The notes under the pieces are model-generated. The model saw nothing but the letters and a program-made list of their open reading frames with translations, had not been told where the DNA came from and did no database searches. DNA of 42,833 nt from a virus (taxonomy: Duplodnaviria; Caudoviricetes), in the IMG/VR virus record IMGVR_UViG_3300010376_000065, positions 1 through 42,833 of that record; one strand, written 5' to 3'. Positions 1 through 8,411 of this stretch are shown here, in pieces. The first letter of the stretch is position 1; each line of letters opens with the position of its first letter. The translations under genes were made by a program, and so were the position numbers.

Positions 1-629
1 CCAACAATTCGGCGCGCAAATTCTTCTGATGTAAGGATCTGGGTATCCGGGTGGTCCATAATAACCGGCAGACCCATACAGCGCTGAAGAAATTCAGGAG
101 TGAGATACACAGTATCCCTACGATAGACCCACTCGTTGAGCTTCGGCCTATAAGAAATGCCTGTACCAGAGATACGCATAGCCACCAAAGCGACATTTTC
201 GATATACTGCGGGGACACCAATTCTTCGTCCCGTATAGCTTCTGCCAGTTCCAGTTCTGTCATGCCCTTGAGTTTGCGAAGGGCAACCAACACTCCTGGA
301 TGAAGGTCGAGGCTTGTGGCGTAGTCGGGGTTAACCCATACAAACGCATCGTGTTCGTGATTAAACTTAGGGATAAATTCATCATCGCAATCATAGCTAA
401 ATGTTGTGAAATCAACACCATCTCGAACGCGTCTACAGAGGAAGGCTCCGGCATGACCGGATCGGTATCCAGTTTCTTCGTAACATTCACGCGCAGCACA
501 TTGCTCAATGGTCTCATGATCTTTCTTCCCGCCGCCTGGAAACGCCCACCCTCTCCCATCCGTACGATGGCAGAACAAGACCCGGCCAGTCGGCGCTTTG
601 AACAAAATTCCAGCCGCTACGTCTGTCAT
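1..629 (-). CDS. NUDIX hydrolase fused to a DUF2213-type head maturation/scaffold domain (partial, runs off the left edge)
   Basis: Translated by hand from ATG 629, which overlaps the stop of 626..829 (ATGA): MTDVAAGILFKAPTGRVLFCHRTDGRGWAFPGGGKKDHETIEQCAARECYEETGY... This contains a full Nudix box GX5EX7REUXEEXGU. It is followed by ...MRISGTGISYRPKLNEWVYR...YLTPEFLQRCMGLPVIMDHP, which resembles the DUF2213 N-terminus. Open to position 1. Confidence 0.85.
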   Translation of the reverse strand, partial: MTDVAAGILFKAPTGRVLFCHRTDGRGWAFPGGGKKDHETIEQCAARECYEETGYRSGHAGAFLCRRVRDGVDFTTFSYDCDDEFIPKFNHEHDAFVWVNPDYATSLDLHPGVLVALRKLKGMTELELAEAIRDEELVSPQYIENVALVAMRISGTGISYRPKLNEWVYRRDTVYLTPEFLQRCMGLPVIMDHPDTQILTSEEFARRIV

Positions 630-829
630 GGCCTTTGTGGCGGTAAGACCGGGAATGTTCTATATGTGTGTCCAACTAATGTCTTTGCGCTTACGCTTGG
701 AGACATAAAGGCCCGATAAGTATATGGAAGAATATCTTCAAACCAAGGAGGTGCTTCTGCAGTAGTTGCTTGATTAGGAGCATACACCAATTGCACTTGA
801 GGCTTAATCCAGGTCGGAGGCTTCGTCAT
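626..829 (-). CDS. hypothetical protein
   Basis: ATGA overlaps with both neighbouring genes. Confidence 0.6.
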   Translation of the reverse strand: MTKPPTWIKPQVQLVYAPNQATTAEAPPWFEDILPYTYRAFMSPSVSAKTLVGHTYRTFPVLPPQRP

Positions 830-1146
830 AGGTCAGGAGGATGTGGCCGTGAAGGTTGCATATTGTCTTTGGACCGCGGCTTCACCTGTTTAGGTTTCCT
901 CTGGTGCTGGCGAGCCTCAAACGCATCTAGACGCGAAGATAAAGAATCCACAGCATCACAAAGGTCTTTGATTGGTTTTGCCTGCTCAGAAGTGAATCCC
1001 ATATGCTGCGCATCATCTTCAGATACATGCGCTCCTACAATCTTACCAGCGGCGATGCTGGCATAGAAAATACGCTCACCTTCTTTTTCTCCATACTGCT
1101 TACGCATGGAGCCAAGGATCTTTTCGCCCTTTTCTGTCAGAGGCAT
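826..1146 (-). CDS. conserved small phage protein (MPLTxKGxKI...FYAS...GKI motif)
   Basis: N-terminal motif resembles a widespread phage hypothetical family; GAGG RBS upstream. Confidence 0.75.
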   Translation of the reverse strand: MPLTEKGEKILGSMRKQYGEKEGERIFYASIAAGKIVGAHVSEDDAQHMGFTSEQAKPIKDLCDAVDSLSSRLDAFEARQHQRKPKQVKPRSKDNMQPSRPHPPDL

Positions 1147-1245
1147 GATATACCTCTAGAGGTGGACGCCGATGCCCTTGGGGACAGGGGATTGGGGATT
1201 GAGGACACCGGCGCCCTGGATAACGGCCCTGGGTGACAGTAGCCG

Positions 1246-1581
1246 TTATGCGGTTGTCGTGACCGAGTAGGTGGCCCCTTTGGGAACCGAATTCACGAAC
1301 AAACTACCAAAAGGAATCGAATACGCCATTTGTTGATGGGTTGCATGTGGACTATGGCCGCCGCCCACGTGCCCATTAAGCTGAAAGAGCACACGAGGTG
1401 GAGTCACAGAATTATCCACCAAGCTGAAATAGCCCTGGTTAGGGAGCCCATTTGAATCAAAATTGGGGATTTCCCACTGCGTTGGGGCACCAGTGAAAAG
1501 AATATTGGTGATGTGGCCGGCAGCAGCATCAATCACAGTGCCAACTTTGGTCCCATCTACAACAAATGTCCCATGCGCCAT
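1246..1581 (-). CDS. small beta-rich putative virion/decoration protein (paralogue 1)
   Basis: GGAGG RBS; visible similarity to 3304..3918, 6131..6418 and 6424..6852. Confidence 0.7.
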   Translation of the reverse strand: MAHGTFVVDGTKVGTVIDAAAGHITNILFTGAPTQWEIPNFDSNGLPNQGYFSLVDNSVTPPRVLFQLNGHVGGGHSPHATHQQMAYSIPFGSLFVNSVPKGATYSVTTTA

Positions 1582-1582
1582 T

Positions 1583-1819
1583 CTAGCCTCCTACAGCTCT
1601 GTTCAAACGGCGGATATCCCGCATCAAAGGGTGAGTTTTCTTCAATCCCTGTCTATTTCCCAGATAATAATAGGCAGAGCGCAACAATTTCTGTGTTTCC
1701 CCGGGATTTTCTTCAGTTTCTTGCAATTTCCGGCCAATATACATCAAACCCTTCTCAGGGACATTGGGATTTTGCTTCAAAAAACGTAATGCAGACGAAA
1801 TTTGTCTATTTTGAGGCAT
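1583..1819 (-). CDS. hypothetical protein
   Basis: Start overlaps the portal stop and the ORF fills the gap exactly. Confidence 0.6.
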   Translation of the reverse strand: MPQNRQISSALRFLKQNPNVPEKGLMYIGRKLQETEENPGETQKLLRSAYYYLGNRQGLKKTHPLMRDIRRLNRAVGG

Positions 1820-3302
1820 TTTGGATGTGTTCTATGAGCCGGACAACACTATCCGCACGTGCCATCTTAACTTTTGGGATTTCTGGGCGAGGATCCTCAG
1901 GCTCCATACCAGCCGCTTGCTGGTCCTCTTTAGCTTTCTGGTCCTTCTTGAGCTGTTTCAGCAATTTATCGTAGTCCAAGCTCAGAGGACTAGAGTATAG
2001 GAGCTTGTTGTTGGTGATTGCATCAGAAATCCACTGGATCAACCGAGCTTTGTTCTCAGGATCCAAACTAAATTCAAGGATTTGGTAGATTGAAATGGCC
2101 GCCTTCATCTTCGTATCGTCAACCTTGACCTGTTCATGGTCTGGTTCACGCAAATACGAGGGCCAAACTGCCTGAAAACTATTCGTCCAAGTATAAAAGG
2201 CCTCTTTATAGCCGGTAGAATCATATTTCTCCGGGTATTTCTTCTTCAGGGCCTTGAAAAAGTCTTCATTCCAGGCTCGGTGCATAACAATTCGGTCTAA
2301 GAAACGGTAAACCGGGTCCATAGTCTCTCGGATACGGTCTATATAGCGTGCGACCGCCTTCGCATCCTCAGAGCCTTCACCAAAACCCTCTGCAAATGAC
2401 TCTTGCGTGATCAATTTTACCGGCATATCGACGGAATTGGCAATATTTTCAAGGATATTCCGCCGTGCGAGCACGTGCGGGCCTTCCAAATTTTGCATAT
2501 TAAGTGATTCAATGTCTTCCTCTGGGGTAACATTGATCACATTGCCCGTTTCCGCCTCTTTCACAATCTGGCGTTTGAAAGAAGTGGCCCAGGACATGAT
2601 ATTGTCGACAAAATTTCCCGGCTGTTTGACCTTGGCAACCAGGACACCGACCTTGGTTTCCACCAAATCGTCGGCTATAAGTGATTTAATATAAGATTTA
2701 AGGGGATAAAATGCACGCTGATAAGCACTTCTCCCAACATAACCAAAAGCAGAAGTAGTGTACCCCAGATAAATAGGCTTTTCATTCGTTACCGTAACAG
2801 ATCGAGAGGGGTGATAAGCTGTTCCACTAACCGCGATCTGCCGGTACTTCAAAAAGTCCATTGCATTCGGGTTCTGGTTTAGAACGAGACTACCTGACGT
2901 ATTAAGAGGGTCAAGAACGTTAAAGCTGATATTAAGCTCAGGTAGATCCCAGTAATCAATGGGGACATTGCTCGTAAGTCCGTCCACGAGTAATGCGATC
3001 GAAGCCACTCCATAAATTCGACTAACAGTAATAAGATTATGCACAAGATAATCGCCACCGATCTGCTTCCATTCGTCATTGAATGCATCAGCGCAATGCT
3101 CCATTGGGCTGTCGGGTACCTTAATATCTCGTTTCTGTGATAAGGCAAGAGATACCGGCCCCTCGACTATACGTGCGCCAAGTGGATGATAAAGATAGAT
3201 TTCTTTGCAGGTTTCATACGAAATGGTGTCACCCGGAATAATATCCGGGGCTACCAGAAGATCCTGGAGGGCATTACCTGGAGTTGTAGAAACAACACCC
3301 AT
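1806..3302 (-). CDS. phage portal protein (DUF1073-type)
   Basis: 498 aa, downstream of TerL. Motifs SYETCKEIYLYHPLG, SRIYG, NVLDPLNTSGSLVLNQNPN and EGFGEGSEDAK are typical of this portal family. Confidence 0.88.
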   Translation of the reverse strand: MGVVSTTPGNALQDLLVAPDIIPGDTISYETCKEIYLYHPLGARIVEGPVSLALSQKRDIKVPDSPMEHCADAFNDEWKQIGGDYLVHNLITVSRIYGVASIALLVDGLTSNVPIDYWDLPELNISFNVLDPLNTSGSLVLNQNPNAMDFLKYRQIAVSGTAYHPSRSVTVTNEKPIYLGYTTSAFGYVGRSAYQRAFYPLKSYIKSLIADDLVETKVGVLVAKVKQPGNFVDNIMSWATSFKRQIVKEAETGNVINVTPEEDIESLNMQNLEGPHVLARRNILENIANSVDMPVKLITQESFAEGFGEGSEDAKAVARYIDRIRETMDPVYRFLDRIVMHRAWNEDFFKALKKKYPEKYDSTGYKEAFYTWTNSFQAVWPSYLREPDHEQVKVDDTKMKAAISIYQILEFSLDPENKARLIQWISDAITNNKLLYSSPLSLDYDKLLKQLKKDQKAKEDQQAAGMEPEDPRPEIPKVKMARADSVVRLIEHIQNASK

Positions 3303-3303
3303 C

Positions 3304-3918
3304 TTAACACGTTACCGTGAATGTCACATTCGCAGGACAACTCTGTACCCAACACCCATTACTGAAAGAAATAGTTTGTGCCGCACCCATCAGGCTTTTC
3401 GGCCAAGTCGGTGCAGTTACACCCGGAGTTAGAGGAACAGCGGGCCGTGGCTCATATTCAGAAGCCAATGCACGTAGACTCGCAGAGTACAGTACACGTG
3501 AAGGTGGCTGGACTCCGGAAGGAAGAACTTCTGTCAAATTGATAGTTGAACCAGTTAGTGACCCTGTACCTGAAACGAAGGTGAGCGTTGCTGGGCTCGG
3601 TGGGAATGTCGTATACTGTCCACCATTTGCAACAGAAACTGCAGAAATGCCACCAGCAGCAGATGTAACATTTACTGTCGCTGGAGCACCGACTCCGCCA
3701 TTAACCTGATAGACACCAGTTCCAGCCGTGCCTGTCCCAACAGCAGCGGCCGACACAGAGCCGACCGTGGTGTATTCTGGATCAACCATAGTTAGCGGAG
3801 TAGAATCATCAGAAGAGGTAGATGTGGGCTGATTCAAAGTAAGAGCAGTAATCGTACCAGCCCCGGCAGTAAGAACCGAGCCAACGGAGGCAGAGGTAAC
3901 TGTATGAGGTGAAGCCAT
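3304..3918 (-). CDS. beta-rich putative virion protein (paralogue 2) with an internal Gly/Thr-rich insertion
   Basis: GGAGG RBS; both termini align by eye to the paralogues; the central ...SAVSVANGGQYTTFP... segment resembles tail/sheath-type beta repeats. Confidence 0.7.
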   Translation of the reverse strand: MASPHTVTSASVGSVLTAGAGTITALTLNQPTSTSSDDSTPLTMVDPEYTTVGSVSAAAVGTGTAGTGVYQVNGGVGAPATVNVTSAAGGISAVSVANGGQYTTFPPSPATLTFVSGTGSLTGSTINLTEVLPSGVQPPSRVLYSASLRALASEYEPRPAVPLTPGVTAPTWPKSLMGAAQTISFSNGCWVQSCPANVTFTVTC

Positions 3919-3956
3919 CTCTGCCTCCTACTTCTGTGCTGCTTCTCTACGTTATC

Positions 3957-4244
3957 TTACCACTCTTCGGGGCCGCCGCCGTGACCGCCCTCACCACAGA
4001 CACGCCAACAAACTCGACGATGCCTCTCCTCATTCCACCGGCATTTCCAGTGGCAGCGATGATGCCTGTCCCACCAACCACCACCATCATGATGACCGCC
4101 ACCATTAGCCGGGAGCTGTGTTGCATCAGGAGGATGCGTCGGAGCCGGCCGAGTAGTGGCAGACGGTGGAGGACTTTGTTGCGCCATGCCCGAAGTGGGC
4201 AAAATGAGAAATGCGGTCATAGCCGCCAGTGCCAGAACTTTCAT
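3957..4244 (-). CDS. small secreted Cys/Trp/Gly-rich protein
   Basis: Signal-peptide-like N-terminus MKVLALAAMTAFLILPTSGMA; GAGG RBS; four Cys. Confidence 0.65.
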   Translation of the reverse strand: MKVLALAAMTAFLILPTSGMAQQSPPPSATTRPAPTHPPDATQLPANGGGHHDGGGWWDRHHRCHWKCRWNEERHRRVCWRVCGEGGHGGGPEEW

Positions 4245-4271
4245 GGTTTTAGCCTTCCTCCTGTTGCTGGT

Positions 4272-4829
4272 TCAGTATTGCGGTTGCGGCGCGCAGGTAC
4301 AGCCCGGATAAGCTGCCCAATCAGACGGAGCATATCCGAAATTGAAATCCGTGTTCCAGTCCCCATTCCATCCCCATCCACCCCAACCCCACGGTCTGTT
4401 GTTCCAGCCCCACCCATTATTCCATCCCCACGGCCTATTATTCCATCCCCACGGTCTGTTGTTCCATCCCCAGCCACCTTGCCAAGCAGGATTTCCACCC
4501 CACCCGAAACCATTGGTGCGAACAACTGTCCCACCACGCCACCATGTTCCGCTACCAGAACGAACACGCCAATAGGGAGAACCATTCCGATTCCACCAAG
4601 CATTGGAGCCAACGCCACCACCAACTCCAACCCCAGCAGCAGATACACCACCAGGAGCAGCAGACGCGGACATACCGGCTCCACCGTGGCCTCCGCCACC
4701 CATGCCGCCTCCGCCCATTCCACCGCCACCCATTCCGGCTCCACCAGTACCGCCACCGTGGCCTCCGCCACCAGCGAACACAGGAGTTGCGAATAAAGCT
4801 ATCGCAAGTACCAAAGCAGATTTCCTCAT
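4272..4829 (-). CDS. secreted Gly/Trp-rich low-complexity protein
   Basis: Signal peptide MRKSALVLAIALFATPVFA; GGGGM repeats and WGWNN(RP) repeats; start abuts the TerL stop. Confidence 0.7.
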   Translation of the reverse strand: MRKSALVLAIALFATPVFAGGGGHGGGTGGAGMGGGGMGGGGMGGGGHGGAGMSASAAPGGVSAAGVGVGGGVGSNAWWNRNGSPYWRVRSGSGTWWRGGTVVRTNGFGWGGNPAWQGGWGWNNRPWGWNNRPWGWNNGWGWNNRPWGWGGWGWNGDWNTDFNFGYAPSDWAAYPGCTCAPQPQY

Positions 4830-6134
4830 CTAATATCCCTCATAGTTGCCAAGTGCGATCGCCACCCCATAAGTGAAACAATCGAGCAGGTCATCCTGCC
4901 GATCTTCAGTATCCCCAACCCGGAATCCAAGCACTTGACCAAGGAGATGGTTTTTGGTGACCTGCTTAAAGGTCACGATACGATCATATGCAATATCAAG
5001 AACCTTAACCATTTTTCTGTAAACATAACCAGAAGCGTTGATCGCTCGTTCTGATTTCCCTAATTGAGTCAGCTTTTGTGGGAGTTCACTTACCGGCAAA
5101 TTTCTCCGCCGGGCTTGCTGGATGAGGATGGAACCAGAGGCCTTGTCCTCGATAAAACATCCCCGGTGTCCGAGCCTTGCTCCACACTTGGCAGCATACT
5201 CTTCGAGGTTGCGATAGACGACAGGAAGCCAGAGCTCGAGCATTCCACCTTCGATTTGGAGATATTCGTAGTCGATAATCTTAATCCAGTGCTCGTCTCC
5301 AAGCTTCTCATAAGCCCAATATATGACCCCTGTGCCATCGTTTTCTTTACCTGTCTTAACCGCCGTATCCATAGTGGCAAAGACATACAAGCAACGGGCG
5401 GGAACCGACTCAGGTTTCCCGTCCGTTAGCAGATTGTCAAGGGAGAAGAATGCCTCACCGGACCAATCTACAAACTCAGCAAGATACTCCTGAGCGTATA
5501 CAAGAGGGTGATTATCCCTCTCCAGGCGCTCAAGCTCATCTGCAGGAAGGAATGGATTGCTGTGAGAAGGAGCATGATACTCAGTAAACCCATATTCAGG
5601 AAGATTACAAATCCGCCAAAACAAATTGTCTTCATTGATACCATTAGTGTTAGAGGCGACAATTGCGGCCCCTCTAAAATCAAGAAGGGTAGGTCGTATC
5701 GCTTTTGTCCATATATCAATTGCATTCTTTTTAGTGAACGCGGCCTCGTCAATAATGACCAGATGATACCGCCTAGATCGACCCGCCTTTTCATCCTCTA
5801 GGGTCCATAGCTCGATACGGCCACCCGTGGTCGTATGCAAGATCCCCATATTGCGAGAACTGGTCCGAATAGCCGGGTCAAGGGTAATCTCGTTCTCGGA
5901 ATAGGCTTCACTCGCATAACGATAATTAGGAACAAACCAACCAACCTGAGCACCTTTGGCCGCGAAGTCGCAAGCGATGGTTTTGAGAAAAGCGGTCTTA
6001 CCCCATCTTCGACCACAACGTAAAGCACGAAACCTCGCAGAGACCATGAACGCCTCAACCTGCCCCGGATGCAATTGCGGGAGGCTAACTAGCTTCTCGC
6101 CATAGATCGTACCGGGTGATATAGGAACATTCAT
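4830..6134 (-). CDS. terL: terminase large subunit
   Basis: Walker A CGRRWGKT, Walker B LVIIDEAAF, coupling motif ASN, nuclease acidic residues (MDTA, IEDKASG, QDDLLD). Confidence 0.95.
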   Translation of the reverse strand: MNVPISPGTIYGEKLVSLPQLHPGQVEAFMVSARFRALRCGRRWGKTAFLKTIACDFAAKGAQVGWFVPNYRYASEAYSENEITLDPAIRTSSRNMGILHTTTGGRIELWTLEDEKAGRSRRYHLVIIDEAAFTKKNAIDIWTKAIRPTLLDFRGAAIVASNTNGINEDNLFWRICNLPEYGFTEYHAPSHSNPFLPADELERLERDNHPLVYAQEYLAEFVDWSGEAFFSLDNLLTDGKPESVPARCLYVFATMDTAVKTGKENDGTGVIYWAYEKLGDEHWIKIIDYEYLQIEGGMLELWLPVVYRNLEEYAAKCGARLGHRGCFIEDKASGSILIQQARRRNLPVSELPQKLTQLGKSERAINASGYVYRKMVKVLDIAYDRIVTFKQVTKNHLLGQVLGFRVGDTEDRQDDLLDCFTYGVAIALGNYEGY

Positions 6135-6418
6135 GGATTAGTTGTGATCTCCCACTTAGCATCTGGCGATATACTTTTCACCGCCAGATTCTGGAATGGT
6201 GTATTATACAACGGAAACACCGTGCCCGTGGGGATTGGAGTTGATCCTGTTTGAATGTTGAATAAGATCGTTTCATTTTCCTGGCTATCATCTACATCCA
6301 CCAAAGTGAACCAATAGCCGGGGATCTGGGGTGCCTCTACAAGTGTAACACTAGTCAGCGTTCCCCCTGTCGCGATAATGGCTCCCATGGCATCAACAGT
6401 AGCGGAAAAGTCGGTCAT
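6131..6418 (-). CDS. small beta-rich putative virion protein (paralogue 3)
   Basis: Shares IATxGTLTS, LFN and PTGTVFP with 6424..6852; ATGA overlap with terL. Confidence 0.75.
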   Translation of the reverse strand: MTDFSATVDAMGAIIATGGTLTSVTLVEAPQIPGYWFTLVDVDDSQENETILFNIQTGSTPIPTGTVFPLYNTPFQNLAVKSISPDAKWEITTNP

Positions 6419-6423
6419 GCCGT

Positions 6424-6852
6424 CTATCTTCGTTTGCGAGGAGTCGGCAGGTCAGGGTCAGGGTCAGGGTCTGGGTCTGGGTCCGGATCCGGGTCAGGGT
6501 CTGGGTCGGGGTCTGGATCGATTGGAGGTTCTGGTGGCTCGGGCTCTGGTGGCTCAGGCTCTGGAACACCAGTCACCTCAAGCAGAAACTCACTGCCCTC
6601 CGGAATATCAACCACGGTCAAATTACCAAACTCATGGTCACCCATTGGAAAGACTGTTCCAGTCGGAACAGGTTGTAAAGCAATTTGAGCATTAAAAAGA
6701 GAAACTCCTCCCGCTTCTGGAGAGTCGTCGATCAAACCAAAATATAGATGATATGTCCCAGTCGGTGGTTTCTGAAGCTGAATGCTGGTCAATGTCCCAT
6801 TGGTTGCAATGGTTTTCCCACGATCAGCTTCAGTAACCGTAAGGGCTGTCAT
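6424..6852 (-). CDS. small beta-rich putative virion protein (paralogue 4) with a Pro-Glu/Asp-Pro tail
   Basis: Start reassigned to ATG 6852 (GGGGAG RBS; ATGA overlap with 6849..7073). Confidence 0.75.
   Translation of the reverse strand: MTALTVTEADRGKTIATNGTLTSIQLQKPPTGTYHLYFGLIDDSPEAGGVSLFNAQIALQPVPTGTVFPMGDHEFGNLTVVDIPEGSEFLLEVTGVPEPEPPEPEPPEPPIDPDPDPDPDPDPDPDPDPDPDPDLPTPRKRR
6451..6519 (-). repeat. 6-bp coding tandem repeat encoding (DP)11D
   Basis: GAY-CCN units with synonymous variation only. Confidence 0.9.
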
Positions 6853-7073
6853 CGTGCGAGTCTCCCCGAACCACGAAGCATCTTGAATGTGCGTCTCCAA
6901 CTGGCATGGGAGGCGCGAGTCAGATTACTGATTCTGGGCTCTGGCGCAGACGGGGGAGTAACACGCGGAACGAAATCTGCCACCGGCTTGTATTCAGCAA
7001 CTGGAGCCGTGGCTTGCTCTTGCACAGGCTCAAACTCAGTGTCAACAACATCATTCTTAGGAGTCTTTGCCAT
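6849..7073 (-). CDS. hypothetical protein
   Basis: AGGAG RBS; coupled to the downstream gene. Confidence 0.65.
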   Translation of the reverse strand: MAKTPKNDVVDTEFEPVQEQATAPVAEYKPVADFVPRVTPPSAPEPRISNLTRASHASWRRTFKMLRGSGRLAR

Positions 7074-7088
7074 GGTCTACTCCTGAGA

Positions 7089-7112
7089 TAGGGGGAGCCT
7101 GAGCTCCCCCTA
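7089..7112. other. perfect 10-bp stem hairpin (TAGGGGGAGC-ctga-GCTCCCCCTA) with no U-tract
   Basis: Intergenic inverted repeat immediately upstream of the RBS of 6849..7073. Confidence 0.6.
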
Positions 7113-7124
7113 ATCAGAGTTCAA

Positions 7125-7592
7125 TTAACCCCGGCGACCAGCACGGCCTTGAGGTTCGGGGTGCGGTCCGGCGCCATCGCCAATCTTGGCGACCGCAAAA
7201 CCGTAACCAGGAACCCAGAAGATAAAGTACCCTTCCGGGGGATAGATCGGATGAATTGGAACAGCCGGCTTCCCAGGAAGTACAGGAAGTGTCCCAGCGG
7301 CCGGAGGCTGCGGCTCTGGCACCTCAATTGGGTGCGAAGGAACCAACGGAGGCGGAGGCTCTTCACCACCACCGGCAGGAGGCCGCGGCCAAATCCCCGG
7401 AGGAAGAGATGGACGCCCAGGCCGAGGTGGACGGGCGATAGGATGCGTCGGGTAATCCGGAAGATAAATAGGTGGCACAGCCACAGCGGGAGGCGCCGGC
7501 TGACCTGGTTCCGGCGGACGCGGCCAGACCTCAGGCGGAGGAGCTTCGGTATCGTCTTCTTCCCAACTAATCACACAAAGCTTGGAAGGCAT
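7125..7592 (-). CDS. proline-rich protein with repeated P(T/S/I)HPI motifs
   Basis: GGAG RBS; PTHPI, PSHPI, PIHPI and WPRPP repeats; aromatic C-terminal segment. Confidence 0.7.
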   Translation of the reverse strand: MPSKLCVISWEEDDTEAPPPEVWPRPPEPGQPAPPAVAVPPIYLPDYPTHPIARPPRPGRPSLPPGIWPRPPAGGGEEPPPPLVPSHPIEVPEPQPPAAGTLPVLPGKPAVPIHPIYPPEGYFIFWVPGYGFAVAKIGDGAGPHPEPQGRAGRRG

Positions 7593-7656
7593 CTTGATCT
7601 CCCTGGTTGAACTGGTACCAATTTAACACACAGATATTACAACGGTATTTCTGGGT

Positions 7657-7685
7657 TTGCAATCCACAGCTCACTGCTGTATTAT
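7657..7685 (+). promoter_or_regulatory. sigma70-like promoter
   Basis: TTGCAA-17-TATTAT upstream of ATG 7715. Confidence 0.55.
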
Positions 7686-7714
7686 GCTTTACAACTAATG
7701 CGGGGGTGAAGGAA

Positions 7715-7981
7715 ATGGTTTTCGCGGCAGTCTGGCTAGGCATCTTCCTAGCTATGGTCGTTGGCATGTATGGCCTGATACTGGCGGTTAGACTCCTCTG
7801 GCTCCTAATACTCTGGACGATCTACGCCTTAGTGGGGATAGCAAAAGTGATTGTTTGGTTATTCTCAAAAGAACCAGAAGAGATTTTGGTTCGCCAATGT
7901 GAACCAAACACCGACGACTTAGCTGGGTTCCCCCGAACCGTTACCCTTTCGCGGCGGGAGTACACCACCCGCTGGAGCTGA
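7715..7981 (+). CDS. small membrane protein on the strand opposite the late operon
   Basis: About 50-residue hydrophobic N-terminus; purine-rich RBS region; own promoter. Confidence 0.6.
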   Translation: MVFAAVWLGIFLAMVVGMYGLILAVRLLWLLILWTIYALVGIAKVIVWLFSKEPEEILVRQCEPNTDDLAGFPRTVTLSRREYTTRWS

Positions 7982-8257
7982 ACTCTTGGGCATAATGATG
8001 TTGGTGCCCGGCAATTCTGGGAGTCCACCTTCTATGCGTATAGTGACACCGGCCGTAAGGTCTTGGTTAACTTGCGCGAGGCGCGGGTGTTCGTACACAG
8101 ACACCTTCGCTGCTGCATCCATGCGTACTGACAAAGGGACCCGCTTGTCACGATACACTGCTGTCAAGAATTCCTTCGGGCTCAGATCATCCGCGTTATA
8201 CGCATGATCAGGCTCGGGCGGCAGAATCTCTTGCGTGGGCTCTTTGGGTTTGTTCAT
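7919..8257 (-). CDS. putative terminase small subunit
   Basis: SPKEFLTAVYRD...RMDAAAKVSVYEHPRL resembles a TerS-associated motif; first gene of the minus-strand packaging operon. Confidence 0.65.
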   Translation of the reverse strand: MNKPKEPTQEILPPEPDHAYNADDLSPKEFLTAVYRDKRVPLSVRMDAAAKVSVYEHPRLAQVNQDLTAGVTIRIEGGLPELPGTNIIMPKSSAPAGGVLPPRKGNGSGEPS

Positions 8258-8356
8258 ACATGGGCAGGCAACAGAGCGAGCGAAGCACGGATTCCCACTT
8301 GGAAACCCTGCGATTGTAGACGTGGCTCAGGGCACTGCGTCTACTTGTGAAAGGCA

Positions 8357-8385
8357 GACATAACACAACCAATTGCGTTTGACAA
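8357..8385 (-). promoter_or_regulatory. candidate late-operon promoter
   Basis: TTGTCA-17-TATGTC on the minus strand, about 100 nt upstream of the putative terS. Confidence 0.4.
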
Positions 8386-8411
8386 GGGGCAAGGGCGCAA
8401 GGGAGACGTAA

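Noticed and set aside
51-719. 222-aa plus-strand ORF and the 260..559 minus-strand ORF
   Set aside because: Both shadow the NUDIX-DUF2213 frame, which has clear motifs and translational coupling
1806-3302. Possible anti-CBASS (Acb1-like) label sometimes attached to DUF1073-type proteins
   Set aside because: No HxT/HxT phosphodiesterase domain is apparent; size and position fit a plain portal
4383-4475. 21-bp near-repeats considered as a CRISPR or VNTR array
   Set aside because: In-frame coding repeats (WGWNNRP) with no unique spacers and no cas genes
3909-4876. Long Pro/Ser/Thr-rich plus-strand ORFs and the alternative 4241..4771 frame
   Set aside because: Antisense or alternate-frame shadows of the Gly-rich signal-peptide genes; low-complexity DNA lacks stop codons
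6378-6695. (GS)n and (GQ/GL)n repeat ORFs on the + strand
   Set aside because: Antisense reading of the DP repeat in an otherwise minus-strand operon
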